A DNA stretch of 64,000 nt from Candidatus Thorarchaeota archaeon (GTDB lineage Archaea; Asgardarchaeota; Thorarchaeia; Thorarchaeales; Thorarchaeaceae). Where the stretch lies: contig RDOC01000002.1 of NCBI GenBank assembly GCA_011364985.1, positions 128,001-192,000 of the forward strand. The letters run 5' to 3'. How positions within the stretch are numbered: position 1 is the first letter of the stretch; the number at the start of each line of letters is the position of its first letter. The notes under the pieces were generated by a model. The model was not told the DNA's origin and searched no databases. It saw only the letters and a program-made list of their open reading frames with translations. Shown in pieces: positions 9,633-20,312 of this stretch. The position numbers and the translations under genes are program-made.

Positions 9633-10205
9633 ATGCACAGCTGCGAGCTTTGTGGACGAAACATGAAAGGCCGAGGCAGACGTATCGAAATAGAAGGAGC
9701 ATCAATAATCGTTTGTCCACAATGTGCCTCAAAGTTCGGAAGTCCCTCATCTGATACCGACCCCAAATCGTCTTACGTGGCAACTCGCCCGTCATGGATA
9801 GGTCCTCCTGAGAAGAAGCCTACCTCCGCGTCTCGATCACCATCGTCTCCACCAAGGAAACCAAGTGCAAAGCCAGCTCCCAGAAGAGGTGTTCTCTTGG
9901 ATGATTTGATGCTAATCGAAAATTACGACAAGGTCATCAGAACTGCAAGACAAAAAATGGGTGTTAGTCAAGAAGAATTGGCTCAAAAAGTCGGTGAACG
10001 CATTTCCACTCTTCAGGCTATCGAAACCGGAAGACAAAAGCCAAACAATAAGACAATACGAGGACTTGAAAGAGAGCTTGGAATTTCTCTGCTTGAACCC
10101 ATTGACCCTGTCTCTATCAAGGCAGCACGAGGCATTTCAACTGGTAGTCCAACTCTTGGCGACAGAGTCGTTGTGAAACGGAAGAAGCCAAAGAAACTAG
10201 ACTAG
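9633..10205 (+). CDS. mbf1: archaeal multiprotein bridging factor 1 (Zn ribbon + HTH)
   Basis: CELCG...IEGA...VCPQC then XRE-type HTH SQEELAQKVGERISTLQAIETG. Confidence 0.92.
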   Translation: MHSCELCGRNMKGRGRRIEIEGASIIVCPQCASKFGSPSSDTDPKSSYVATRPSWIGPPEKKPTSASRSPSSPPRKPSAKPAPRRGVLLDDLMLIENYDKVIRTARQKMGVSQEELAQKVGERISTLQAIETGRQKPNNKTIRGLERELGISLLEPIDPVSIKAARGISTGSPTLGDRVVVKRKKPKKLD

Positions 10206-10329
10206 AAAAACCTCAAACGAAGTGAATATATAGTATCTAGACATATAATAGTATGAGTGACAATTTCCAGACGCTGGAGTTCCGTTCCCAACACATATTC
10301 AGTGGACTAACTAAATCCCGCTCATCTAG

Positions 10330-10869
10330 GTGAACACTTCAATGGTACATTCAGGATTCAATAATGATCTCTTCCGTCTCGTTGTAGAAGAAATATCTGG
10401 TAAGGAAGGAGTGGACGTAGCATCTGTTCTAGTGAATGCAGAAGAAACCACTGATGAAGAAATTGCCACCAAGACCGACCTAAAGCTGAATATAGTTCGA
10501 CGAATTCTGTACAAATTACATGATAATCATCTTGCTTCCTATCGCCGAATCCGCGATACTAATACAGGATGGTTTCTATACTATTGGAGAATCGACCCCA
10601 AGAAGGCTCAGGCGCTCGTAAATCGCAAGAAAAGAATGGTTCTAGGTCTCTTGGAACAGAGACTGGATCACGAAACGAGCAATGACCTTTATGCCTGCGT
10701 GAACCGTGATTCTTCACCAGTCCCTTTTGAAGAGGCTATGAATTTGTCATTCCGGTGTCCAACATGCAATGAACAGCTTGAATATGTTGACAATAGCAAA
10801 GCAATCAGTTTTCTGAAGAAACGAGTTGAGGAACTGAAGGCAGACCTAAATGCAACTTCAACATCGTGA
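10330..10869 (+). CDS. tfe: transcription factor E (TFE alpha)
   Basis: TDEEIA...LNIVRRILYKL, TGWFLYYW, FEEAM...FRCPTC. Confidence 0.95.
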   Translation: MNTSMVHSGFNNDLFRLVVEEISGKEGVDVASVLVNAEETTDEEIATKTDLKLNIVRRILYKLHDNHLASYRRIRDTNTGWFLYYWRIDPKKAQALVNRKKRMVLGLLEQRLDHETSNDLYACVNRDSSPVPFEEAMNLSFRCPTCNEQLEYVDNSKAISFLKKRVEELKADLNATSTS

Positions 10870-10942
10870 AACAGCAATCAGACATTACATATATCAATAG
10901 ATTTCGAGAATTGCGTTTGGCGCGGACTGGAGGAGTTTTCCA

Positions 10943-11704
10943 ATGGAGTTCTCTCTAAAGACACACATCTACGGTTCTTATCAAAAGAGAATTCTGCAAT
11001 CTATACGTTCAGAAGTAATGGGGATGATCGCAAATCTTGATTGCAATCTCTTAGGACTGCGAACAGATAGAAGAGGGCTCATTGTCATTGAGCTGGAAGG
11101 AAGAGATAGCGAATTTGTTTCCAACGTCCTACAAAAAGAATATGGAACTATTCCAAAATTAGATGAGATACAGCCCGGATTTCACACAAGGGGGTACTTG
11201 ATCGACGTAGGAAAAGTAGGCTATGGTCTTTATGTTGACATTGGCATAACTACTTCACGCCAAATGGATGCCTTAATTCCTCTTCACAGACTACGAGAAC
11301 AGCTGCTCTTGCCTGAAGCATCACTAAGAAGCATTGCAAAAAAGATCATTCTAGTTGATAACCTACCCGTTGACATCGAAATTCTGAATACCGATTTTGC
11401 AAGACAGAGAATAGAAGCAGAATTTGAGCAGACCTTTCTTGATCGTTTGAATAATTGGATTGCAGATGATCATGAACGACTATTAGTCCTTGGTTCTACA
11501 CTTGACATGGTTGAAAACACACTCGTTAGATCTGGCCATAGGGAAGACATCTACCAAATCGAAAAGCTTGGAATCTTTGAATACTCCCTCCGATGTAAGA
11601 GAAGTACAAGGGCCTTTGGAATACTTGCAGCTATTGGCCCAAGAATGAGAGGTATTCCTATGCATTTATTCATTCCAAGTGAAATTGAGGCGGCAAGAAA
11701 ATGA
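10943..11704 (+). CDS. DUF2110 family protein
   Basis: DVGKVGYGLYVDIG motif; typical position after tfe. Confidence 0.8.
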   Translation: MEFSLKTHIYGSYQKRILQSIRSEVMGMIANLDCNLLGLRTDRRGLIVIELEGRDSEFVSNVLQKEYGTIPKLDEIQPGFHTRGYLIDVGKVGYGLYVDIGITTSRQMDALIPLHRLREQLLLPEASLRSIAKKIILVDNLPVDIEILNTDFARQRIEAEFEQTFLDRLNNWIADDHERLLVLGSTLDMVENTLVRSGHREDIYQIEKLGIFEYSLRCKRSTRAFGILAAIGPRMRGIPMHLFIPSEIEAARK

Positions 11705-12375
11705 CAAGACTGGACCTATGGCTCGTTCAAAACAAGCACTTCTCATCACGTCAGGCAGCAAAACGGGCTATTCATCAAGGACTTGTTACGATAGATGGAG
11801 TAAAAGCAAAACCATCCACACAGGTGTCAGGAACAGAGGGCATTGAAGTTTCTGATACAGCACTTAATTTTCCCATCGGATACTCCAAGCTCGAATTTCT
11901 GCATAGGACGGTATCACATCTTATCACACCTCAAACTCAAGCATTAGATATTGGAAGCTCAGCTGGAGGTTTTCTACGCTACCTTGCAGAGAATTGTAGC
12001 CATGTAACAGGTATTGAAATCTCAGATGAATTCATGGATGCATTGCAAGAAATCACTCAACAGCATGACACTGTTTCGGTTTTGATAGATAACGCCTTTG
12101 CTCTTGATCCGAGCATAATCTCTCAACAGAGTACTCTTGATCTTCTACTAATTGATGTTACAACAGGGCTTGAAGGGACCATAAAGCTGATCGAAAAGTA
12201 CTCATCACTTCTAGTAAGCGAGGGTTGGCTTGTCGCAGCATTCAAAGCGGTTCCTTCTCCAAATATCATTTCTGATATAGTGAATAAAGTAGAGAATCTT
12301 GAATTTCACGATGTAAAAGGTATCGTAATACAAGTATCACGCAAAGAATTTCATGTAGTTGGAAGGCGACACTAA
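11701..12375 (+). CDS. S4-domain RNA methyltransferase (TlyA/FtsJ-like)
   Basis: RLDLWL...SRQAAKRAI S4 domain; LDIGSSAGGF SAM motif. Confidence 0.85.
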   Translation: MTRLDLWLVQNKHFSSRQAAKRAIHQGLVTIDGVKAKPSTQVSGTEGIEVSDTALNFPIGYSKLEFLHRTVSHLITPQTQALDIGSSAGGFLRYLAENCSHVTGIEISDEFMDALQEITQQHDTVSVLIDNAFALDPSIISQQSTLDLLLIDVTTGLEGTIKLIEKYSSLLVSEGWLVAAFKAVPSPNIISDIVNKVENLEFHDVKGIVIQVSRKEFHVVGRRH

Positions 12376-12413
12376 GCAATTCTTTTATTGGGATTGATTA
12401 AACCCCAGCATTA

Positions 12414-12523
12414 GGGGCGGTGGTCTAGCCCGGCTATGATGTCTCGCTTACACCGAGAAGCCACTGAAGCCTTACGCTCTTTGGACTCGAAGGTCGCTGG
12501 TTCGAATCCGGCCCGCCCCACCA
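12414..12523 (+). tRNA. tRNA-Val(TAC) with 32-nt non-canonical intron at 44/45 (12460-12491)
   Basis: GGGGCGG/CCGCCCC acceptor stem, anticodon TAC 12449-51, BHB CGAG-AAG/CTCG-AAG, TTCGAAT, encoded CCA. Confidence 0.92.
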
Positions 12524-12631
12524 TTTCTCTACATGCAGCGAGTTCCTACAAGGAATCAATAGGATCAAGAAGAGCGGATCGGAATTGCCGGGAGTAACCA
12601 AGCCTGATCAAAGGCGAAGAACTTGGATTTC

Positions 12632-13499
12632 TCATCGATATGCTCTTTTCAACTCGGCTGCAAGTTTTGCATCTAGAGTCCTTAGTTTATATGATATGCC
12701 AAATGATGGTCTTCTTATTCGAATAATGACCATAAAGCTTACCAAGGCTAGGAAACTAAGGCCTACGAATAATGGAACTGTGGGAAGGCTTATTCTCTCA
12801 AAGGCTGCATTCTCTACACTAAAGCGTATGGTTTTTGGTTGTTCATTATCACATATATCTGTCACTTTAATAGTTATGTAGTAACTGCCATTATCCATCT
12901 CGATTGCATCAAGAATAAAGATGGTAGAATTTCCTTCAATGTAATATACATTCCATCTATATGGGTCAAACGAATTGGGATAGCTAAAGGCACATATTGT
13001 ACATTCAATTGAATCAATACCAACTTTGTGTACGCGGCATCAAAATTCCAAATTCCTGATAGCACATCATCATCATTGACATTGCATTCTATTGTGGGTT
13101 CGACCAAATCAATATAGAGTTCTGTGTTCATTGTTTGTGCCGTGCAAGCATCATCTGTGTTATCAAAGACCAGATACCAACGAATGCCTGACCACCTGCC
13201 ACCATAGCTGAGAAACTCATGCTCACCACTAGTCACATCTTCTTGAAATTCACAGGCTTCAATTTCATGACCATCTGTCCAGTGATTGAATTCAGTTTCA
13301 TTGCAGATGAAAAACGTTATTCCTGTTCCATTTACAATTCGAATTGACCAAACAGACCCATGTAATTCTTGCTGGACGTATACCACGTCCAAGTTTCATA
13401 TTTCTCAGGCAGAATATACAGTGATTGAAGGGCACAAATCCCCGGGACTTGGAAAAATACAAGTAAAATGATTAAAAGGAAGATGACAGCTTTTCTCAA
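12632..13499 (-). pseudogene. frameshifted surface/membrane-anchored protein
   Basis: TTG start at 13499 with a signal-like N-terminus; coding-like pieces continue in different frames (12874-13392, 12632-12898 with C-terminal TM). Confidence 0.45.
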
Positions 13500-13813
13500 C
13501 TCAGTCACTCCATTACATCTAGAATTGTATTCTCTCGGAATGGCATTAAGGTTATCCCTGTGTGATACATTTCGCTGTCAAAGCTACTCAACTGTTGTTC
13601 CTTCTGTCTAAAATAACAAGACAAATGGCAACTGAAATCACAAGTTATTCTTCAATTGCTCAAATGCCAAAGACAGGTCAAAGAGCCTCTACTCATAAAT
13701 CTCCGTTATTATTGTTCAGAATTCCCATGTATTAGACTAGAATATGTATTATTGAGTTCAGGAACCTTAAAAGCCGAATCAATTCTAACCCGAAGCAAGA
13801 TACTAAGAAAAGC

Positions 13814-13934
13814 GCGGAAGTAGCCAAGCCAGGCCAAAGGCGCCAGACTTAAGATCGTATGTACAGTGGGGTCATACGAAGAGGACATCTGGTCTGGAAG
13901 CAGTTCGTGGGATCGAAGCCCACCTTCCGCACCA
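13814..13934 (+). tRNA. tRNA-Leu(TAA) with ~33-nt intron at 37/38 (13854-13886)
   Basis: GCGGAAG/CTTCCGC acceptor stem, CCAGA/TCTGG anticodon stem, long variable arm, intron hairpin TCGTATG/CATACGA, CCA. Confidence 0.92.
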
Positions 13935-13993
13935 TTCTCTTCTTTTGACTATCGAGATAGTCTTATCCGAGCTCTTGCAACGAGAAATCAGGA

Positions 13994-15322
13994 GTGATGG
14001 CCATGGGCTATAGAAATCTTGAATTCCCAGACGATTTCCTTTGGGGAAGTGCTGCTTCTGCTCATCAGACAGAAGGTGGTAACCATAACAGCTGGAGCGA
14101 ATGGGAGAAAATTCCCGGGAAGATTAAGGACGGTTCAAACGCTGACATAGCATGTGATCACTACAACAGATACAAAGACGACTTTGACTTAGCAAAGGAA
14201 CTGGGTCATCAGATTCACCGTTTTTCCATAGAATGGAGCCGAATTGAGCCAAACCAAGGAAGATGGAATGATAGCGAACTCGGGCATTACGAGTCCGTTA
14301 TCAAAACCTTACTAGAACGAAATATCAAGCCAATGATGACCCTTCATCATTTTGCAAACCCAATTTGGTTTCGAGATATGGATGCATGGCTTAATCCCGA
14401 GAGTCCTGAATTGTTTGGCAAGTATGCGAGAAAAGCCGCCGAGGTTTTTTCCAAGTACAACCTCATATGGAACACCATTAACGAACCCATGGTAGTAGCA
14501 ACACTTGGTCATCTATTCGGAGAGTTTCCCCCTGGTTACAAGGATTTCAACAAGACAATTACTGCGACAATGAATATGCTAAAGGCGCATGGCCAAGCGG
14601 CCATGAATATTCGGGAAGTATACGATGAAAAGGGATTGGAACAACCATTAATTGCCCCTGTTCTCAGCGTTAGTTACTTCATGCCAGCAAATGCGGATAA
14701 CAAAGAAGATGTCGAACTTGCGAACTATTTAGATAATTTGTATAATCAAGAATGGATTCGGGGCGCAGTAACAGGAATTATCCCCGACCTAGATGGAAAT
14801 GGCGAGCGGTATACTCCACTCGAGAACTCCGTGGATTTCATCGGGCTCAACTATTACAGCCGCCAAGTCGTATCGTCAGAATTAGATTATCTGGCGGGTG
14901 AGATGGCACCAAGAAACCCGAATCTTGAACGATGCGAAGGATTGGACTGGGAGGTATATCCCCAAGGATACTACCCAATCATCAAATCATACTGGGACAA
15001 TTATAGAAAACCAATCTTCCTAACGGAGAATGGAATTGGTACCCTTGATGATATGCTAAAGCAGAGATACATTGTGAGTCATCTCCAACAAGTATATCGT
15101 GCCATAGAAGATAAAGTGGATATTCGTGGTTATCTTGTATGGAGTTTAACAGACAACTTTGAATGGACTCAAGGATACAGTAGCCATTTCGGACTAGTGG
15201 AGATTGACTATAAAACCCAAGAGCGACATTCTCGGAATAGTGCCTTCATGTATAGAGATATAATACGGAATAATGGCCTGACTGAGGAGCTACAACAGCG
15301 CATTTTGTCAAATTGGAGATGA
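13994..15322 (+). CDS. glycoside hydrolase family 1 (beta-glucosidase/galactosidase)
   Basis: FPDDFLWGSAASAHQTEG, INEP and TENG catalytic motifs, DNFEW. Confidence 0.95.
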   Translation: MMAMGYRNLEFPDDFLWGSAASAHQTEGGNHNSWSEWEKIPGKIKDGSNADIACDHYNRYKDDFDLAKELGHQIHRFSIEWSRIEPNQGRWNDSELGHYESVIKTLLERNIKPMMTLHHFANPIWFRDMDAWLNPESPELFGKYARKAAEVFSKYNLIWNTINEPMVVATLGHLFGEFPPGYKDFNKTITATMNMLKAHGQAAMNIREVYDEKGLEQPLIAPVLSVSYFMPANADNKEDVELANYLDNLYNQEWIRGAVTGIIPDLDGNGERYTPLENSVDFIGLNYYSRQVVSSELDYLAGEMAPRNPNLERCEGLDWEVYPQGYYPIIKSYWDNYRKPIFLTENGIGTLDDMLKQRYIVSHLQQVYRAIEDKVDIRGYLVWSLTDNFEWTQGYSSHFGLVEIDYKTQERHSRNSAFMYRDIIRNNGLTEELQQRILSNWR

Positions 15323-15332
15323 TTGAATCGTT

Positions 15333-15893
15333 ATGCCTCTACAATCTCTCTTGTCTGCAATCGGTATTGTCTTTGTCACAGAGATTGCTGACAAAACCAT
15401 GCTAACTACACTATGCTTGAGCGCTCAATATAGAAGACCTTTAGTTGTCTTACTTGCAACAATGCTAGCTCTATTATTGGCATCCATAATCGCAGTTGTT
15501 ATTGGAACCCTTTTGGCATTATCACTTCCAGCTGACCTAATTCTTCTCATCTCAGCAGGACTGTTTCTTATAATGGGTATCCACTCCTTTGTAAAGAGTA
15601 TTCCAGAGGAAGATGCCTGCAGACAACCAACAACCTTTCTTAGCATGATTTCTCTTGTCTTAGTTTCCGAACTCGGTGACAAAAGCCAACTTGCAATTTT
15701 AGCATTGGCAGCACAGTCTCAATTCCCATTATTCATACTTTTCGGATCAATTGCTGGCTTTTTCATAGTGAATCTCATTGGAGCCTTTGCAGGTGACAGA
15801 GCTGCAAACCGTTTACCAATACAACTTATCAACAAAGCAACCGGAGCAATATTCATCATTTTTGCAATTCTCATTATGCTGAATATTCTCTAA
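15333..15893 (+). CDS. TMEM165/GDT1 (UPF0016) Ca2+/Mn2+ transporter
   Basis: Duplicated E-x-[AG]-D-K-[ST] motifs (EIADKT, ELGDKSQ). Confidence 0.92.
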   Translation: MPLQSLLSAIGIVFVTEIADKTMLTTLCLSAQYRRPLVVLLATMLALLLASIIAVVIGTLLALSLPADLILLISAGLFLIMGIHSFVKSIPEEDACRQPTTFLSMISLVLVSELGDKSQLAILALAAQSQFPLFILFGSIAGFFIVNLIGAFAGDRAANRLPIQLINKATGAIFIIFAILIMLNIL

Positions 15894-15985
15894 ATGGTTA
15901 GAGTATTAGCATATCATGAATTTGGCGAAGACTTTATGACCGAGCCAGAGAGAAGAAGCCTTGCTTCCTTTAAGGTGAGATAGTC

Positions 15986-17341
15986 TTGGGATTAGAAATC
16001 TCTGGTTATAGCGGACTTGTTCTCGAAAAACTTGTATCAATAAATGCGAAAATCGGTGACCTCGTCATAATCAGGTATAATGGCAGTGAATATAGTGGGA
16101 TTTTGATGCCACGTGCACAAATTGGTAGCGATTCAAATCATATCGTGATTAAGCTTTCAAGCGGCTACAATATTGGAATCAAACTATCATCCAGCTCAGA
16201 AGTTGCACTATTAAAACGTGGAAAACGGAAGAAGAAAACCGTTGCAGATAAACCTCCAGAAATCAATTCCAACCTCCCGAATGTATCAATTCTGAGCACT
16301 GGTGGGACAATTGCAAGCAAAGTTGACTATCAAACAGGTGCAGTAAATCCGGCACTGTCAGCCCAAGACTTTTATGATACCGTTCCGGAGCTAAGAGTAC
16401 ATGCCGATGTTAAGGCTAAAGTACTGATGAGTGCACTCTCAGAAAATATTCACCCTACGGATTGGACAAGAATAGCAAAAGCCGTTGCATCGGAAATACG
16501 AAAAGGAACTGATGGCATTGTTATTGCCCATGGTACCGACACCATGGCATTCACTTCTGCTGCCCTTTCTTTTGCATTACAGAACTTACCAGTTCCAGTT
16601 GCGTTAGTAGGCTCACAGAGGTCTTCCGATAGACCATCTTCCGATTCTGCCATGAATCTTATCCGAGCCACAGACTTGGTGGGAAGAATAGATGCAGCTG
16701 AAGTTATGGTTGTTATGCATGGAGAAACGGATGATAGCTTCGCCTATGCGCATCGTGGAACGCGAGTAAGAAAGAGTCACACCAGTAGAAGGGACGCTTT
16801 CCAATCACCAAACTTCTATCCACTCTTTAAAATCACTTCTTCAAACTTTGAGGAAATCTCTCTACCATTATTGCGTCGTGACTCGAAAAGAAAGTTAAAG
16901 ATGAAGGCATCATTTGAAGATAGAGTAGGCATGATACGAACGCACCCAGGAATCAAAGCATCATTAATCGAATCGCTAATCGAATCTGATTACAAGGGCA
17001 TAGTAATCGAGGGAAGTGGACTTGGACATGTTCCTCAAGTTCTTCAAAGTGCCATAAAGCGAGCAATCGATTCCGAAATTATTGTCGCAATGACCAGCCA
17101 GTGTATTTCTGGGCGGGTGGACATGAATGTCTACCGAACAGGTGTTGAGCTACTTGAGATGGGTGTATTGCCATGTGAAGATATGCTAACTGAAACTGCA
17201 CTTGTCAAACTCATGTGGGCTCTTGCCAATTTTAAGAATATTCAGGACGTGCGAACAATGATGCTGACACCTCTCGTGGGAGAGATATCTATGCGTAGTG
17301 AAATGGCTCAGTATACTCGAATTGGACGTGAGAAAGAATGA
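15986..17341 (+). CDS. gatD: Glu-tRNA(Gln) amidotransferase subunit D
   Basis: KLSSGYNIG, TGGTIASKVDY, HGTDTM, SQRSSDRPSSD. Confidence 0.97.
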   Translation: MGLEISGYSGLVLEKLVSINAKIGDLVIIRYNGSEYSGILMPRAQIGSDSNHIVIKLSSGYNIGIKLSSSSEVALLKRGKRKKKTVADKPPEINSNLPNVSILSTGGTIASKVDYQTGAVNPALSAQDFYDTVPELRVHADVKAKVLMSALSENIHPTDWTRIAKAVASEIRKGTDGIVIAHGTDTMAFTSAALSFALQNLPVPVALVGSQRSSDRPSSDSAMNLIRATDLVGRIDAAEVMVVMHGETDDSFAYAHRGTRVRKSHTSRRDAFQSPNFYPLFKITSSNFEEISLPLLRRDSKRKLKMKASFEDRVGMIRTHPGIKASLIESLIESDYKGIVIEGSGLGHVPQVLQSAIKRAIDSEIIVAMTSQCISGRVDMNVYRTGVELLEMGVLPCEDMLTETALVKLMWALANFKNIQDVRTMMLTPLVGEISMRSEMAQYTRIGREKE

Positions 17342-19260
17342 GTGACGATACAAGATACAAGAAACTTGGCCTGAGAGTTGGTCTTGAGCTACACCAACAA
17401 CTTGATACTTCAAGGAAACTCTATTGTCACTGTCCAACAACAATTCGAGATGATGACCCTCATGGTGGCTTTGTAAGAAGACTGAGACCAACGCAGAGCG
17501 AGATGGGTGAAATTGATCCGGCAGCCCTATTCGAATTTCAACAAAAGAAACAATTCTATTACGAGTATTACAATGATACGACGTGTCTTGTCGAGGCAGA
17601 CGAAGAACCTCCACATGAATTATGCGATGAAGCCATCGACATTTGTCTTATCATGGCAGATTTTCTGAAATCAAGGCCTGTCGATGAAATCCATCCTATG
17701 AGGAAGATTGTAATTGACGGAAGCAATACCACAGGTTTCCAACGGACTTGCATTGTGGCCACAGGCGGAAGTCTTCAATTTGGCGAGAAATCAATCGGAA
17801 TTCAGACAATTTGCCTTGAGGAAGATGCAGCTAGGAAAATCGCTGAAAAGGACAATATGCGTGTGTACAGACTTGACCGGCTCGGTATTCCGCTTATTGA
17901 AATAGCTACTGCACCAGATATACACACACCCTCCGAGACACAAGAAGTGGCTCTGAAAATCGGGCTTCTATTAAGATCGACAGGAAAAGTCAAACGCGGA
18001 CTGGGCACAATTCGTCAAGATGTTAATGTATCTATTAGTGGGGGAGCAATTACTGAAATTAAGGGATTTCAACAGCTGGATATGCTATCTAATCTTGTTG
18101 AAATGGAAGCGCTTCGGCAAGAACGACTATTGGAGATACATCAACAACTTGTAGAACGAGGAATATCTCCCAATGACATCGAAGGGAAGATTCACGATGT
18201 GAGTGATGCATTCTCAGGCACCGAGGCGAGAATAATCAGAAAGGCACTAAATTCAGGTGGGGTTGTTCTGGCAGTCAATCTCCAAGGGTTTCATGGACTT
18301 CTGGGAAAAGAAATTCAGCCTAGCAGGAGACTTGGAACAGAGCTATCAGATTATGCGAAATTCTGGGGACAAGTAGGAGGGATCTTTCATACTGATGAAC
18401 TCCCCAAATATGGAATATCAAACGAAGATGTATCTATGCTGCGTACAAAAGCGAATGCAGAAGACCTTGATGCCGTGGTCATGGTGGCAGCTCCAAAGGC
18501 TAATGCAGTTTCTGCATTGAATGCAGTAGTCGATAGGGCACGACAAGCTACAATTGGAATACCAACAGAAACGAGAACTCCGCTGCCTGATGCGACCACT
18601 ATGTATGCTCGTCCTCGCCCTGGTGCCCAAAGAATGTATCCAGAAACAGATGTCAGACCTGTACAGATTTCACAGCAGCATTTGAAGAAAATTACGAGAT
18701 CTATACCTGAAACCCTTGAAAAGAAAGGGAAACGATTCATCACTGAAATTGGTCTCAGTGAAGAGCTGGCTTCCCAGATGGTTAAGTCTACCAACTTGGA
18801 GCTCTTTGAGAGAATAATTGCAGATTCAGATGTCTCACCCACACTTGTTGCAGCTACTCTTGAGAACACCCTAGTAAGTCTACATAGGGTTGGTGTTCCC
18901 ATAGAACAACTGCAAGATTCGCACATATTGTCCCTTTTCGAATATGTATCAAAAGATAAGATTTCAGCGGAAGCCATTCCACGTATTCTAACTCACTTGT
19001 CAATCAATCCAAGAAGCAATATTGAGGATGCTTTGAGTGCTACGAATCTTGAAATGATAACGGAAGATGAACTCAAGCAAATCATTCGAAACATTGTTGC
19101 GAGTCGAACTGACTTTGTCTGGGAGCGAAAAGAAACCGCTGTGGGGGGTCTCATGGGCCTGGCCATGAAAGAACTCAGAGGAAAAGCCGATGGAAAGACT
19201 GTCAGACGTCTTATCATCCAAGAAATCAAAAGAATTCTTGCAGAAAAACGACAGTCTTGA
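17338..19260 (+). CDS. gatE: Glu-tRNA(Gln) amidotransferase subunit E
   Basis: GLELHQQL, RRLRPTQSE, RLDRLGIPLIE, RPRPGAQRMYPETD. Confidence 0.97.
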   Translation: MSDDTRYKKLGLRVGLELHQQLDTSRKLYCHCPTTIRDDDPHGGFVRRLRPTQSEMGEIDPAALFEFQQKKQFYYEYYNDTTCLVEADEEPPHELCDEAIDICLIMADFLKSRPVDEIHPMRKIVIDGSNTTGFQRTCIVATGGSLQFGEKSIGIQTICLEEDAARKIAEKDNMRVYRLDRLGIPLIEIATAPDIHTPSETQEVALKIGLLLRSTGKVKRGLGTIRQDVNVSISGGAITEIKGFQQLDMLSNLVEMEALRQERLLEIHQQLVERGISPNDIEGKIHDVSDAFSGTEARIIRKALNSGGVVLAVNLQGFHGLLGKEIQPSRRLGTELSDYAKFWGQVGGIFHTDELPKYGISNEDVSMLRTKANAEDLDAVVMVAAPKANAVSALNAVVDRARQATIGIPTETRTPLPDATTMYARPRPGAQRMYPETDVRPVQISQQHLKKITRSIPETLEKKGKRFITEIGLSEELASQMVKSTNLELFERIIADSDVSPTLVAATLENTLVSLHRVGVPIEQLQDSHILSLFEYVSKDKISAEAIPRILTHLSINPRSNIEDALSATNLEMITEDELKQIIRNIVASRTDFVWERKETAVGGLMGLAMKELRGKADGKTVRRLIIQEIKRILAEKRQS

Positions 19261-19346
19261 AATGATAAGAATAACTTTAATAGTAGAGCCCAGAGTGCTG
19301 CTCGAACAGACCAAAGGATTCAATGAGATTCTTTTGTCTGATACGA

Positions 19347-19515
19347 GCCGCAGTGGCCTAGCCTGGCAGGGCGCGAGACTCATAATCTGACTGGAGTTCC
19401 CGGTCAAAAATACGGGGTCAGTTCTCAGCCCAAGCTTTGTTGAGGCATCTCGAAGTCGTGGGCTCGAAACTCCGTTACGTTACGTGATGGGGCGAACATC
19501 CCACCTGCGGCACCA
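19347..19515 (+). tRNA. tRNA-Met(CAT), elongator-type, with two introns (37/38: 19385-19446; 59/60: 19469-19498)
   Basis: GCCGCAG/CTGCGGC acceptor stem, CGAGA/TCTCG stem, CAT 19381-83, BHB-type junctions, CCA; Met versus Ile2 judged only from the acceptor sequence. Confidence 0.85.
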
Positions 19516-19661
19516 CTCCTTACTCCTTTTTTCCTAAGTTCTGTTGTATCTAAAATCAAGATTCTTCTCTTCTAATCTAGAAAGCTGGGAAGCAATACTC
19601 AAAGTTGTTACAGCTAGAAGTTTCATTACGGGATTATTAGGAAAAATACAGACAAAGAACC

Positions 19662-19925
19662 ATGACAGCTGAGAAATGGAAGATACTAGGAGGGAGGGTC
19701 TTCAAGCTAGTTGATATTTTCGAAGACCCAATCGAAGCAATTGAGCTAGCAAAAGAGATCAAACAAGAAAAACAAGTGTTCCTTCACCGTACTGACAATG
19801 GTGTCTGGGCTGTCTATTGGAGAAACAAGGAAGAAATTCCTAGGTGTCCTTCTAAGCTCTATAGCGTAGCACAAGAGAATTCAAGTAGGAGTATAATAGA
19901 TACATCATCAAACCAAGACATATGA
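19662..19925 (+). CDS. small hypothetical protein
   Basis: 87-aa ATG ORF overlapping the next gene by 4 bp. Confidence 0.6.
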   Translation: MTAEKWKILGGRVFKLVDIFEDPIEAIELAKEIKQEKQVFLHRTDNGVWAVYWRNKEEIPRCPSKLYSVAQENSSRSIIDTSSNQDI

Positions 19926-20233
19926 CAATAGACTCGAATCTCACAGTACTCAATCTTGACGAAAGACGAATTGCAATCGAGTCATTTGGAAAAATGATCA
20001 CAGAGGGTTTGACTTCTCACTTCGAGAGTCTATTGAGAAAATATAGTATGTTTGGCACTATTGACATAACAGAATGGACAATTCCCGCAATCCGCACCCT
20101 GCTTCTAGTATGCAGAGGTAAGGAACAAACAATTCACCTGAAATACAAGGATCGATATATAGCAACAGCAAATTATCCCAGAGGAAATATCTCCAATCAG
20201 TTTGTTGAAATGATAATGGGTGGAAATCACTGA
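19922..20233 (+). CDS. hypothetical protein
   Basis: 103-aa ORF, ATGA overlap. Confidence 0.6.
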   Translation: MTIDSNLTVLNLDERRIAIESFGKMITEGLTSHFESLLRKYSMFGTIDITEWTIPAIRTLLLVCRGKEQTIHLKYKDRYIATANYPRGNISNQFVEMIMGGNH

Positions 20234-20312
20234 AAAAGGCATCCTCTGATACATGGCAAGATAACAAGTTCTTTATCCAAGATATTCTCCTGCACTGCAC
20301 AGGTGAGATAGC

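Noticed and set aside
18387-18977. 196-aa minus-strand ORF
   Set aside because: Antisense to gatE; 24157-24711 is likewise antisense to the Gly/Pro-rich gene
19385-19446. Intron-encoded box C/D guide RNA in the long tRNA-Met intron
   Set aside because: A CTGA is present but there is no RTGATGA box C
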